Below are positions 1 through 59,175 of a stretch of DNA of 64,000 nt, piece after piece. The notes below the pieces were generated by a model. The model did no database searches and was not told the DNA's origin. It worked only from the letters and a program-made list of their open reading frames with translations. Every line of letters starts with the position of its first letter. Within the stretch, counting starts at the first letter, position 1. The translations under genes and the position numbers were made by a program. The DNA comes from Chrysomallon squamiferum (taxonomy: Eukaryota; Animalia; Mollusca). The stretch lies in the NCBI GenBank assembly GCA_012295275.1, contig CM022671.1:31868001-31932000 (forward strand), in the 5' to 3' direction.

Positions 1-2405
1 ACCAACAGTCTCAAACCCTGAATTCCTGTTGGATAAACCAGTCTCAGACCAATCCATTACCAGTTATGGTTATGTGAGTCAGTGTGTTACTGATTCTGAT
101 TTCCTACTGACTGGACTTCAGTATCCAATGCACTGGAAAGCAAGTGGCTTAGTGGAGCAACATGTTACATATTTCATTATATCTCTTGATCTTGACACAT
201 GTAGCAACTCCTCCAAAGACTGTGTTAGTGAAATAGCCAGATCTACAGTCCATGGCACAGAAAGGAAATATGTGTGGAATCAGCTGTCACTTCCTACTAG
301 ATCTTATGTCAAAGCCAATGTCCAGCCATGTTTTGAAGGTATCTGTATGAAGAAAAAGTCATCCAGTGGGTTACTGGTTGTTCAGAAACCACGTGTTACA
401 GGTTTGCAAGCTACAGTTCTGTCAGTATCAACTAACTGTACCGATTTGTCAGTGACAATGGATGCTGTATGTGATTCATCAAACTCTGTCAGGATTTTCC
501 AGTGGTACCTTGCCAAACATGAGTATGGTTATCAACAGTTAACATCAGTATACACCATCAGCAAACAAATAAGAGTTACAGAGGTAATTTTGTGCTGATT
601 GTTTGTTTTGTAACAAAATTAATTTAAAAATGAAAAAAAAAAAAAAATGAAATTATAAAATGAAATTAATGAGGTGTCAAGGCATAATTAATTTTTGATG
701 ATCACAATTATATCAACAAGAAAGCTAATTTTGTATTTACTTATTTCTTTTTAATTCATTTCTGCTTCAAGAACTTAGATAAGCAAGATAATTACAAATA
801 TTGTCTTTGAAAGTATGTACTAATTATTATTTTTTTTAAAGGTTGTTGTGTTATTTTGTTAGGAAGAAAACTGCATTCATTTGATGGTGCACAGTTTTCA
901 GGATCTGTTCATCTGTGCTAAAGTATTCTGCACATCAGGATTTTCAGACATAATTTGTACACCTGTAGGACTGGAACAAAATATCCACAGATATAAAACA
1001 CATGACATCTATGACATTGATTTAAATGATTTCAATGTTGATAAAGCTTCTAATCTGGTAAAAAGTCAGTATCTTGATAAGGACAGTTTGAAATATCTTC
1101 ATCACAAAGAGATCAATTTCGTGACAAGTGACACCATAATTGGAGCTGTGTTGACAAACTCTGCCAACAGGAATGTTACCTGGTACCTTACAACAAACAG
1201 TTCTCTTCCACTCGACTGTAATTCTGATGACACGTGTATCTCAAAGCTTCACACAGTCGGTGGTGTAGCAGACTTCAGAAGTGTACATTTACAAAACCAG
1301 AAACTTTACTTCATCTGTGCACACATCCAGGCCTCTGTTGTCACCAGAGAATTTACTGAAGAAAAACTGGAATCCTTTTCAGGCTGCAGCAATGGTTTTG
1401 TTGTAGATGATGATCCACCAGAACCAGGCCGGGTTGACATTGCAGGACAAAACAATGGGTTCATGATACAACAAACAACACTCTATGCAACTTGGAGAGG
1501 TTTCTCTGATGTTGAGAAATATCTCACAATTCCTTCTGCATCAGGAATTGCTGGTTATGACATTGCTGTTGGTAAGAATTGATGAATTTAATATAATTTT
1601 AATAGTGTTTAGTATAGAAATTAAAAGTTTCTAAATGTCCTGTATAAGTTACAACACAATATGAAATTACCAGTATATTAATTTTTTTGATTTTTTAAGT
1701 TTGATTTTTGTTTATTTAATTTTTTAATTTTAACTTTTTTTATTTTGATTTTTTTTATTTGTAATAAAAGAGATTAAGAAATTTAAAAAATCTGATGCAG
1801 AAAATGGAATAATGAAATTTATTCATGTATCAGCTTTATCCTAATATCATAATCATTGTAAATCCTTAATTTTTTTTGGTATTTTAGATCATTATTTTTC
1901 TCTGATGTTTTCTTGACAAAACTTTTAGGCTAAATGTTCCCAAATCTGTTTTATAAAAAAAAAAAAATTTAATTTTTTTTTTATTGGTTAATTCAAGAAT
2001 TAGACGTGTTCTCAAACATAACATTTACACTTACTTGTTTAATTATAATTATAATTATAAATGATTCACATTGTCTTATTTCTTCAGTTCTCTTTTTCAG
2101 GAACTCTTCCAAATTCAGAAGATGTTATTTCATTTTATAGCATTGGTATGGCAACAAGTCACCTGATACAAAATCTTAAACTTGTCAATGGACAAATCTA
2201 CTACATCACTGTCAAAGGTTTATAATTCCTATTCAGATTTTCAAATAATTTTTAGAATTTCTATTCACAATTTTCAATGCTGCTTTGGTAAACAAATTTA
2301 GTATTTTTGAATGACAATTCATTCATTCATTCACAAAATAAAAATCTTCGATTTACACTTAAATTAAGTATTGTTTGTTTTTATTTTTATATTTGTAATG
2401 TTTCT

Positions 2406-2445
<40 letters not shown>

Positions 2446-5400
2446 TATATATATATATATATATATTTTGTTTTTATTAACCCACATTACTGTAAAGTGA
2501 AAAAGTCTTATCATATTTTTATTATTTTAAAACTTAATAATAAAATATTAAAAATATGAATTACCTTTCTCCAGCATCTGACTACCTTGGACACACATCA
2601 TCTTCTGTCTCTGAAGGAGTTTTGGTAGATACAACGCCCCCCATTCCAGGTACAGTAGATATAGAGGGACTTCTCTTCCATCAGCATTTTCTACCATGGA
2701 ATGAATTTACAATACAGTGGCATGGTTTTGAAGACCTAGAAAGTGGGCTGGTTGATGTTAGACTGGATATTGGCTCTGTTGATCATAAATACGATGTAAC
2801 TGTTTTGAAGAAGTACACTGACAATTTTGCTCATATTAGTGAATCAGAATTTACTGATGGACATCAGTATCAGATTAGATTTGAGGTGAGGAACTGTTTG
2901 TTTTGTTTCTTTGTTTGTTTTATTTATTTATTGGTTTGTTTGTTTTGTTATTTCTTTTAATAATTTATTTAGTAAATTAGTCACTTTTTTATTTATATTT
3001 TTTTATCAAATTATTTATCTATTTATTTATTTCATTTATTTATTGGTTTATTTTTTTCTTAGTTAAAATCTTATTCATTTATTTATCTGCTTAGTGATTA
3101 CATCTTTCATTTTATTTATTTAAAACTTTACATTCCATGATTTACATGCTAGAAAAATCTTTTTCAAAAGTTAAATCAATGTATTTTATTTATATAACAT
3201 GCCTTTGAGAAGGACATGCACAATATCCAATTATATATTAATTAAAGAAATATAATAATATTTTAATTCTTATTATTGTTGTTGTTGTTGTTAATTTTAT
3301 TATTATCATCATTACTGTTATTTTCATCATTATTTTTAATACCACTGTTATTAATATTATATTTATTATTATTATTGTTATTGTCTTTATTATTACTTTT
3401 ATTATTATTAACTTTTATTGTTATTATTATGATTAATATTACTATTATGATTATTATTATTATTATTATCATCAGTACTGTTGTTGTTGTTGTTGTTTTA
3501 TCGAATATGGTATGACTATAGTCTATTTATTTTGTTCAGAAGGATCTTCTTTAACTTGTTGGTAATAGTAGTTCATCACGTATATTAGTATTCCTCTAAA
3601 TTATGTCTGATATTCATTTACAGGTAACTAATCAAGCAGGATTATCTACAGTTCAACATGAAGTTCCATTTGTCATTGACACTTCACCCCCTGACACTGG
3701 TGTTGTCAGAGATGGGCATCAAAGTGAGAAGGTATTTAACTGGGATTTTTAGTGTATTTCAACATGTTAATGATTATTAAAAGACAACTCATTTCAGAAT
3801 GGAAACCAGCTGCTACAGAAAATGTATAGTTTACTTCTTGCTGATCAACATAAAAGAATTTTCACATATACATTTTATAATTTAGAAAGAAAGATTTGGA
3901 AATTTCTTTCGTTTGTTTAACCTAAAAGTCTTGTTAAGAGAGTATCACAGAAAAAAAATTATTATCTAAAATAAAATATAAAAAAATCTTGATATTAATA
4001 GGATATAGATTACCAGTCAAATCTGACCACCTATCACTGTCACTGGTCGGGATTCAGAGATGCTCATTCAGGTATTGCTGGCTACCAGGTGGCTCTTGGT
4101 TCAAATCCACTTGATCATGATGTGGCACCTTTAGTGTCTGTTGGCCTCCGTACAAGTAAGTATACGAGTGATTTAATCTACTACCTGCTGTTTTATATTT
4201 TTACAATTTTAAATTTGTTTGTTTATTTATTTGTTTTATTTATCTGATGGTTTTAGTTTTTTATTTAACATTTTTATATATTTATTTATTCAACCATTCA
4301 TTTATTTAGTTATTTTAGTTATTTATTCACTTATGTCTTATTTGTATGTATACTCATTATTCTTTATTCAATTTATTTCTATTTTTTAGTTACAATATGA
4401 ATGCTTATTTCTTTTTCCATTTTTATTTATTTATTTATTTAATGTTTTATTTATTACAGACTTCACATGGACAGTGTCATTTATTCCTGGTAAGAAATAC
4501 TATGTAAAAGTTAAAGCTTGTAACCAGGCGGGTCTGTGTACGGAGACATCATCAGATGGACTCATCATGGACAACACACCACCTTTAACAGGTCAAGTGT
4601 TTGCTGGATACAAACAAAATCACCAGCACTATGTTGGTCAAAGGTAAAACTATATATTTGGTAATAACATACCTGAGTATTACACTGATAAGTGTTCAAT
4701 TGATGTGCATGAAACAGTCATGTGGGGGGTCTTTATTAAAATAATTATAAAAGTAGTAGTAGTAATGGTGGTGGAGATAATTGTTTGTGTAGTAGTAGTT
4801 GTTGTTGCAGTAGTAGTTGTAGCAGTACTTAGTACTAGTAATAATATTTATAGTAGCATGATGTAGGTAGTAGCAGTAATGCTGGTGGTAGAGATGTAGT
4901 AGTAGCTGTAGTAGTAGTAATATAGCTATGTCAATGCTGTCATTTAATGTTGATAATAACAACAGAATACCAACAACAACAAAATAATATTAACAGCAAT
5001 GTGAAGAACAATAGTGTTATAATAATACTTAATAATAAGAGTAGAATTCTTGTAAGTGAAAACAACAATTAATGAAAAGAAATTAATTTAGAATCTGCAT
5101 TACTGTGTTTGCACCCAGATAAAATAAGAAGGAAAAAATGTCTCATAATTACATTTAACTACAATTTCCTTGCATTTTCTTTTTTCTTTTATATATATTT
5201 TCTTATTTTTATTTAATTTTTTATCTTCAATTTTTTTCTTCTCTGCAGATCTTCACTCTCAGGCCACTGGCAAGGATTTGAAGATCCAGAATCAGAAATT
5301 AAACACTTTGAATGGTGTCTCGGTTATCAACCCTATCAATGTGATCTGACATCTTTTGAAAACACACAGCTGTCAGATACATTTCTAAAAACTGGACTTC

Positions 5401-8400
5401 AGTTACCAGTTTCTGTTCCACTGCACATCACTGTGAGAGCAACAAACAATGCTGGCTTACAGTCTGTGTCATCATCTGATGCTTTCATTGTAGACAACAC
5501 CACACCTCAAGTAATACAACGTCCACATTTTGTAGCTCCTAATTTAAACCAAACACAAAATACTTCTGTACAGTCAGATAATTCTTTACTGCATGTAGCC
5601 TGGAGGTTTGACGACAGAGAAAGTCCAGTTGTAAAACACATTCTTACATTAAAAACACACCATGAGAGTAAAGTTTCATTAGAGAGAAAAGAGATAGGAG
5701 CAGAACATGAACAGATATTAACATTCAGCTAAAATCAACCGACTCAGAAGTGGTGATGTTTATTCCTTGTCAGTTACTGGTTGCAACCAGGCAGGTTTGT
5801 GCACTACAGCTCACAGTGAAGATCTGTTAATAGACTCCACTCCTCCTCAGCTGGGTGGATTCAAGAACCCACTGACATGGGAACATGTACAAAGTAAAAA
5901 TAAGACCCTGACACAGGTTAATTTAACATGGTATGGTTTTTCTGATTCTGAATCAAAAATCACTCAGTATCATCTAACAGTGAGCAGATCTTATGATGGA
6001 TCTGAACTGTCAGAGGGAATAACACATATATCACCATCATTCAGTTCTGAAGACCGGTCTGTCACTGTTTCACTTTCTGACCAACTAAAAAACGGTGAAA
6101 ACATTATTCTTTCAATACGTGCTGAAAATGCTGTGGGTTTAATAACAGAGTTTAGTAAACTAACTGTCACAGTTATTGCTTCAGATCAGGAAGCAGATAA
6201 AGGTTTACTGGAGATTCAGAGACATTCCTGTGACATCCATTACTGCTCTAAGGACTGTACGTGTGCCATTGTTGGCAGAACCTGTGAACAAACAGATGTC
6301 CCTAGAGCCTTGTGTAAACATACCACTGCTGACAGACACTGACAGATATCCAGAAATAAAGATCAGCAGTCTTCTTAAAACTGATGGCAGTCGATACTTT
6401 ACCACATCAACTTCCTGTCTTTCAGCAAACTGGGAACTTGATGAAGCCACTGCTCTTCCCAAAATAAAAAGATTTCAGTGGAGCATGGGACTAAAAGATC
6501 ATAAAGAGGGTGATGGGATATTTGATCTAAGAACAGAAAGAATTTGGCACAGCACAGGAAAACTGCACAATATCACCTACTGCTTGCCTCCTGATAGGCA
6601 CCTCAGTGATGGAGAAGAATATGTTGTCTATGTTAGAGTATGGTATTCATTTACAGAGTTCAAACAGTTTGAATCTTCACCTGTTTTAGTTGACTCTACA
6701 CCACCAAAGATAAGACGTGGAAAGGCAGTGAAAGATTCAGATGAAACATGCAGCAATGACTATGACTTTGTCAGTAAGAATAACCAGTTAACGGCTTGCT
6801 GGAATGATGTGTTCCAAGATTCCCAGAGTGGAATAGATTTCTATGTGTTTCAAATGGGTTCCAGCCCTTATGGTATATCTTATAATTCTGGCTCATTCGG
6901 GCATTTCTTATTGTTTGATTGTTGCTTTTGATCACAAATTTAATGCTTTCTTATTTATTCTTATTAACTTTTTATTCCAAATTGTGTCATTAAATAATTT
7001 TTCTCTTATATAAATTATTAACAAGTATATACTTACCTAAAACAGTTAGCCAGAATAAAGAAGGAATTCAATAGATTTTAATCAAGTTATCTTGGTACTA
7101 TTACATTAATCAGTTTCTATATCATATTTATTTATAATATTTTTTCATATAATCTTTCAGGTTCTGATGTGATAAAGCCAACAAGTGTTGGAAGAAATAC
7201 AAATTATTCCATTTCTCAGAAGCTGCTTAAACCAGGCATCAGATACTACACAACAGTCAAAGCTCTCAATACAGCTGGTCTCTCTGGAGTTGCTTTCTCT
7301 GATGGATGGAGTTGTTGTAGACGATGAAGTTCCACTTGCTGGAGTTGCCTTCAACACTGCAGAGCATGTCAATAAGGTATCTCAGTCATCAACATCAACA
7401 TTTGGGGTCTCCTGGCGTGGATTTCAAGACCGCCATTCAGCTATAGTCAGTTACAGAGTAGCAGTTTACAAAACCACAGACATTCTCTCACAGCTTGCTC
7501 AGATTAGTGTAGGCTTTCAAAACCAGGTAGTTATTAATAATTTGTCCCTTGTTCAAGGTGAGAAATATCAGGCTTCGGTAACTGTAGTTGATTTGACAGG
7601 ACATCAAAGTGCTGCGGTGATGTCTCCTGCTGTACTCATTGATTCCACTCCACCCACTGGTTTTGAATGTCTGAAATTTTCTGATCTCACCTCCAATATA
7701 TCATGGAACAATAACAGCATAGTCGGAGACAAAACTGAAAATATCCTTAAAGCCTCAATTGATGTGAAAGAAAGAATGTATTTAAAAATTTCTGTGACAA
7801 AATCAATACAGACTAAACATTTATTTCCTGAAACAAATATTTTCTTTCAAGTTGATGGTGAATATATTCCCACAAAATTCAGATTAACTGATAACAAAAC
7901 AAAAGCTGAAGCCCATTTTTATTTCCTCACATCACGATCTGGAATTCTAAACCTTCAGATAATGACAGACAAAACTAACTTTATATCTGAAAACAATGTA
8001 ACCATTCATTCCTGTAATGAAACAAAAGAGGTTGATGGTGCCAGAGCTTTAACCATTCAGCAGATATCTCCATCTCTCCTGCTGGTCAGTGCTCATGTGT
8101 CTGATCCTGAAACTGAACCAAAACTAATTCAGATTGGAGTAGGAACAACAAGAGGAGGATTTCAAATACAGCCCCTGAAGCCAACTTTTCTCCATTTCCA
8201 CGAACTCGTAGAAGCTGATGTACCTCATGGCACACCAATTTTTGTCACTGTAACTACTGAAAATTCTGCACAGTTGGTGTCAGTGTTTCAATCAGATGTT
8301 TTAATTATTGACCACACACCACCAGTAATTACTAAAGCAACAGCAAATCTGGTCTATTCTTCTGAAAGAAGTGTTGAGAGAGTTGTTGTCAAGGTATCGT

Positions 8401-9560
8401 GGAGTGTAGAGGACAAAGAAAGTGGCTTGAAATCTTGTTGGTGTGCACTGGGTGGGTAAATGTTTGTTTAACAAGAAACTTCAAATATTCTATGAAATAA
8501 TTGCAGACTGCATTGCTATGATTATGAAAGCAGCAAATAAACTTTCCAAAGACTAATGTATTGTATATTTAAAAAAGCTATAATGTTTTATTAATAATTA
8601 TGTCTTCATAAATGTTTTAAATTCTGAATTAGTATATTATAATCAATCAAAACTAATCATAATATTTTTGTTTTATGGAAATCAATATATTTATTCAAAA
8701 GATAAATTAAGTATATATGTATGTCTGAAATCTTTGAATAAGAGAATTACTGTGTCACATTATTTTTAAAATATACTTACAGGTGTGTAAAAAATTAATT
8801 TTGACTAAGGTAGTTTAAATGTTTGTTTTCTTAATTATATTAATTCATAATCTTAACTCTGGGATATCTCATGATTTAACACATGATTTTAATCTGCAGG
8901 ACACAGTCCTATGTCTGAACACATACAACCATGGACACTCTCTACTTACCTTACAAAATGTAGCTTGGTCCTCTCCAATCCTTATCATCATGAAAAGATT
9001 TATGCCAGTGTTCAGTGTTCTAACCAGATTGAGCTGCACTCCTCAGCATCAGTTGGTCCTCACACAGTGTTACTTCAGCCCCAGTCATCACTGGATGGGA
9101 AAGTCATGTTTCTGCTGGCAAATCAAAGATCTGGTCCTGCAGTAAGTCTTCCAGTTCAGACTGATACATCACGACTCCAAGTGACCTGGTCAAGGCTGGG
9201 CGACGACAGCAACACTAAAACTTTCCTCTACCGCATCACTGCAGGAAAAGACCCAGTGACAAAATGGACAAACACAAGCTGCAACTACATTGATGTGAAT
9301 TTAGCTCTGACCAGTGGTGTCACATACACAGCCGAAGTTGTTGCAGTAGATACTCGAGAGCTGAAGAGCGAAGTTGTGTCTGGTTCTGTTGTTGTAGATA
9401 GTCGTCCACCACAGCTTACAGGTTACTGTTATTATATTTCAACAGTTTCAGCATAGTGCATACAAACAAAATACACATATAAAGTACTGCCTATGGTTCA
9501 AAGTTTGTCTTTATGTAATTATTTTTGCAGTTTTAGGATTAAACAATTAAAAATATTTAA

Positions 9561-9591
<31 letters not shown>

Positions 9592-9911
9592 CATTTTGTT
9601 TCAATTGTTTATAAATTTATTAAATTAAACTTCATCTGTTTTTAGGTTCATCTGCTAACATACACTGGAAGGGGACTACAGTTCATCTGGACTGGGGTGC
9701 GGTTTTCTCTCACCCTCGATCAGCCTTGGTCTACAATGTTGCTGTTGGATCCAGAAATGGCTACTCTGACTTATTTCGTGTTGCAGAGACTGATGTATCA
9801 ACAGCTGATTTTTCTGTGACATCATCAGTCACATCATTGAATATGATCATCACAGCAACAGCAGACAATGGACAATTTGTTAGATACATTTCATCCAAAA
9901 AAAGAAACTAA
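1..9911 (+). CDS. Gene A: 3' part (about 1,950 codons in window) of a large uncharacterised extracellular protein made of tandem FN3/Ig-like 'DxTPP' repeats; three frameshifts, possibly a pseudogene or null allele
   Basis: Phase-consistent GT-AG exons: <1-583, 863-1571, 2101-2217, 2575-2885, 3624-3731, 4002-4155, 4460-4643, 5249-6872, 7161-8451, 8900-9421, 9646-9911 (TAA). There are 11 DxxPP-type linkers (DDDPP, DTTPP, DTSPP, DNTPP, DSTPP, DHTPP, DSRPP and others), mostly followed by W.GF.D.(E/H)SG and Y...V.A.N.AGL motifs. No C-terminal TM helix. Frame breaks near 5725, 6290-6346 and 7303-7310. Confidence 0.85.
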
Positions 9912-10060
9912 GTGGATAACTGTGAGAAACAGCATCTGAGAATATTTTAATCTCTCAAATTACAGTACATTATTATTATAATTTCTATTTTATTTTTTAT
10001 TTTTTGGTTTGTAAGTTTGCTTTTGTAGGTTTTTTGTGGGTTTTTTTGGTAGACTGTATG

Positions 10061-10066
10061 AATAAA
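10061..10066 (+). promoter_or_regulatory. Candidate polyadenylation signal of gene A
   Basis: AATAAA about 150 nt after the stop at 9911; the AT-rich context lowers specificity. Confidence 0.45.
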
Positions 10067-10086
10067 ATAAAGAAGCAGAATACTGT

Positions 10087-10649
10087 GTTTTGTGTGGCAT
10101 AAATTAACAATATATTTATACTAACTTAAATCATTTGTTTTATTATTTACAAGTATTCATTTATAATTGTATCCAGATAATTAATCTTCTAAAATAATAA
10201 TATTATAATTTGCATATATATAAAGTTGAAAATAAATACAGATAAATGGATTCATTTTTATTTTTAAATTAATTGTTTATTAATATTTTATATAATTGCT
10301 TTTTATACAAAACCGAATCACAAAATGTATGTTAGTGACAAATTATATAACACTGTTCTGTGAATGTTTTGTTTTGTGTGCCATAAATTAACAATACTTT
10401 TATACTGACTATTATTTATTATTTACAAATACAGATTTATAACTGTATCCAAGTATTAATGTACTAAAACAGTAATATTATAATTTACATAGAAAATAAA
10501 TATGGATGAATAGATTTATTTTTCTTATTTTTAAATTTACTGTTTATAATTATTGTTATAATTAATTTTTTATTCATTTGTCACTGAATCACAAATTAAA
10601 AAAATGTGATAGTGACTAATTATATGACTTAATAACATTATTCTGTGAA
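10087..10649. repeat. Degenerate ~280-bp direct duplication
   Basis: gttttgtgtggcataaattaacaata... (10087) recurs as gttttgtgtgccataaattaacaata... (10371); both copies end in gaatcacaaa...agtgac.aattatat...ttctgtgaa. Confidence 0.7.
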
Positions 10650-11291
10650 ACATCGGCTCAATGTCTTTTTTATTTTTATCTCTGTCACTGTGGAAGAGAG
10701 ATGTCATTTCCAGTAGGAGAAATATCTTTTTCCATCAAAAGGTATGAAAAGGAAAGAGAATTTTAAAGAAAATATTTTGTAATTTCTGCTTTCAAGGCCA
10801 ATTTATTGCTTTCAAGGCCAATTTATTATCATTACAAATTTGATTATCTGATTCCAAATTTCTAAAATAACTCATGTGACATTTAAAAACAAAAATAAAA
10901 TTCAAAACAAAATTCAAGAAACAGAAAAATTAAAATAAGTATAATGGAAATAAAATAGGAGATAACTAAAATTCAAAAAATTAAAATAAAAATTTAACTA
11001 TGTATAATCTAATTAGAATTTTAAAAGGGTAATTTGCCAATGAGTCAAAACAAAATACATTTAAAGATGAAACAAAATATTTAAATAACACAAAAGAAAA
11101 TTAAGATTTACTGACTTACTGGAAGATGATGATTTTGGTCTATCTATATAGCTGTCTTTATATACAGCGATTGTCTGAAAGGACCTAACTTTTCATAATC
11201 ACTATCTTGAAAACTAATACATTTTCAGCATATACAATATTACAAATTTTATATTAAAAAAAAAAAAAAAAAAAAAAAGAAATTAGTTGAT

Positions 11292-11329
<38 letters not shown>

Positions 11330-13527
11330 CTGTTTCTCCATTACACATTTAAAACATTGTTAAATAAAGATATAATACTGCCTCCTAGTTTTCACAATAC
11401 TTATATCAAATCAAGCCTCTATTATATTCACATGAGTTTGATAGATTCAGTGTTGTGAATGAAAGAAAGCTTCATATGTTCTCTGTAATCGTCAACAATA
11501 TTATTTAATTTTCTTAGATTTTTTATTTTATAATTTTTTTGGAGAAAAATATAAGAGTTGTAAAATTCTTTATTTTAACAAAAAAGAAACTGGTAAAAAC
11601 AGAAAAGAAAAAAATAACAAGAATAAAGAAGAAAAGAGAAATTAAACACACATCAAGATGCAAATATTACTAAAATAAATTAAAATTATTTACGACTGAA
11701 AAAAATTATAATAATAAAAACAAAATCTGTTTTGTAGAAACACGACTGATACTTCTAAGTCTGATTCCACTCAGTGGTTCACTGAGCTATATGCCAGTCT
11801 AACCAGATGAAACCTCAGAATCCGTGATATATACTATCCTATCCTAAAATGTAAATAAAAGATCCCGTCTTGATAATGGAAAAATGTAGTATTTTTAGTC
11901 TGAAGACAATGCCAAAAGAACCAAACTGTAGACACGATATAGCCAATGGTAGACATTCAATCAGTGCTGTCGTTAAATACGAGAATATTCTAACACTAAC
12001 AGCTGTTTATTTGATATCGAAAATTTGGCAGTTTGACATACAGAGGAAACTCGATTTGCCATTTACATCATGTGATATTTAAATCTTTTCTCCAGTGTGA
12101 CACTCCTGAATCATTGGCTAGAACGGAAATATGAATGCCTTCATAATGCAATCAATTCTGCATGTATTAATAAAAGTAATTTTAAAATTTTAATGAGTAA
12201 TTGATATATATATACACACACACACATAATTGTTTTATTTCATCTCCCTCTGCACATTTGTTTCCTTTATTTTGAAGATTTTATTTAATTTTTTTTTTTT
12301 TATAAATTAAGAAACCAATTTTATTATTATTTTTTTTTTTCTGTAAAGTCATGATTCAAATGTATGTCAGTAAAAAATGAAAGTAAACTATTTTTGATTG
12401 TTACACGCATCAAATAAGCTTAATAATTACAGATCCAATTACAGTTACACATATTTTACAACTGATTAATGTTTCTTTTGCTATAAAATCAATTTCTGGA
12501 CAGTTAGTATCTTGTGTAAAAAGTGGTACTTGAAATGGGCATTGTTTGCGTTTTACATGACTGTCTTAGATTAAGTTAAAATCTTAAATTGTTACAAGTG
12601 ACCAATATTACTGCTTTTCTCATGCACAGTCATATGTACAGAAACATATTTTAAAGCTAAACTGGTAACTTTAATAATTATGTATGAAAACAGACCAAAA
12701 CAGATTCAAAAGTATACTGAAATTGAGGAAACAAGTCCAGAAAAATAAACTTGTATTTTTCTGATATATAACAGTAAATAAAATGTGTTTAGTTCATGGT
12801 TAAGTAAAATCCTTCCCATCTTGCCAATTGTTCCCCTAATACACATTGTTTTCTCAGCTCTTAAACATTTCTGAGAACAAGATATGAAATGTTTGTAATT
12901 AAAAACTGGGTAGTTCATTACAGTTCTAAAAACAAAATGATGTAAATAATTTGTAAAATGTTTAACAAAATAGATAACTTCTTTTCATCTGAAATTAAAA
13001 AGATTATAAATTTACACAGAAATTGATTAAAACCAAACACCAATGGTATTCTGGAATTTATCCTAATTCCTTACATTTTTATAGAGTGATTCCAGATCAA
13101 AAACATATTTATAATTAAAAGTAATAAAATTATATTAAATTCAACAGGTTTTGGGGGTTTTTCATATTTATTAATGAATATGGATATTACAAGTGTTTCA
13201 GAATATATAAAACCATGCACAAAATATAGATAAAGCAAATCAAAATTAATATTTAATTTCTTCTGAAGTGCATAACAAACATGGAGAAAAAATTAACACA
13301 AGTTTATTATAAAATACTATAAATAATTATATAGAGAAAAAAGGAACAAACACTAAAGGTCTTTATTTTTCTGTTTAAATACATTCGTAAAAAAAAATCT
13401 TGGGTTTCATTCCTACAATTACCTTATATCAGATAACAGAATTGTTAGAATTATTTATTAAATATATAATTATAATGTCTGCTAAACTATCTGGAATGAC
13501 TATTAAGAATGAAACAAAAAGTGTTTG

Positions 13528-58144
<44,617 letters not shown>

Positions 58145-58785
58145 TGCTGACAACTGGTAGGCACTTTAAGTCTGCTTCACCAGTATGTTTTTTAAATAAG
58201 ACCTCTTACAGCTTCTCATGTAACAGATAACATCTACTATGAAGATTTTTCAGTAGATATTCATAATACAATAGAGTGTTTCAGTAGTATCTTTTTAAAA
58301 CATCTTTTACTTAGGAGACGTTGTCAAAATAAAGTATTGTGTGCATGTCAGATTCAATAAAGAATAATTAAAAAGAAACGATTATACTGCTAAAAAAATA
58401 TAATTTTAAAAAAAATGTATATAATATTAACACATGCTACATAATTGTTTGTGAGTGTGTGTGTGTGTTTGTGTTTAGTTTATTTAGATTTTTTTTATTT
58501 AAAAATTATTTTTAATTTATTTAAAATATTAATTATTATTATTGTTGTTGTTGTTTCATCATCATCATCATCATCGTTATAATTATTATTATTATTATTT
58601 ATTTTTTTATTTTATTTTATTTTATTTTATTTTTTTTTTTTTTTGACTTATGGTAGTACGCAATATAAAGCACTGGGCTTTTCAGAATTAGTTCATCATT
58701 TAATAAAGTTATTTGTTTACTGATTTGTTTAAATTTAGTTATTTAAGTTTTATGTATGTGTATATGTGCTGATATACAAATACAC

Positions 58786-58842
<57 letters not shown>

Positions 58843-59075
58843 ATTGCACGACAGGACATGTTTCGTTAAAAAAAATTAAATTTTGTTATGATAAATCAGA
58901 ACAATGACATTTTAAGTAAGCTCTTTTGTGTACGATATCAATAGATCTGAAACTGAGAAACTTCAATGGTTTACGTATAGATACTTTTCACAATTATTCA
59001 GATAAGAAGAACAAAAACAATCTGTGAAATCTGTCGTGAATAAAAACCTTTAAAGGGTTTCAGTCAGATACGAAA
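58145..59075. promoter_or_regulatory. Putative divergent (bidirectional) promoter region between gene B and the PLAT gene
   Basis: Divergent ATGs at 58144(-) and 59076(+); Inr-like TCAGTC at 59060-59065 just upstream of the PLAT ATG. Confidence 0.55.
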
Positions 59076-59140
59076 ATGTTCTGGTTTGAGTCGCACGTTA
59101 TTTTATTCCTCATATTTATTGTACTAAGGTAAGATAAATA

Positions 59141-59175
<35 letters not shown>

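Noticed and set aside
2371-4962. ORFs rich in poly-Ile/Leu/Asn/Tyr (also 13959, 45575, 57525, 59060, 59848)
   Set aside because: They are translations of (TAA)n/(TTG)n/(TAG)n microsatellites inside introns.
5720-7310. Programmed ribosomal frameshifting to explain the gene A frame breaks
   Set aside because: No slippery heptamer or downstream structure is evident; short duplications explain two of the three sites more simply.
58888-58915. Alternative first exon for the PLAT gene (MINQNNDIL, GTAAG donor)
   Set aside because: It is in phase with an acceptor at 59594 but lacks a signal peptide; 59076-59128 gives a clean signal peptide with an Inr-like motif upstream. It is not excluded as a minor isoform.
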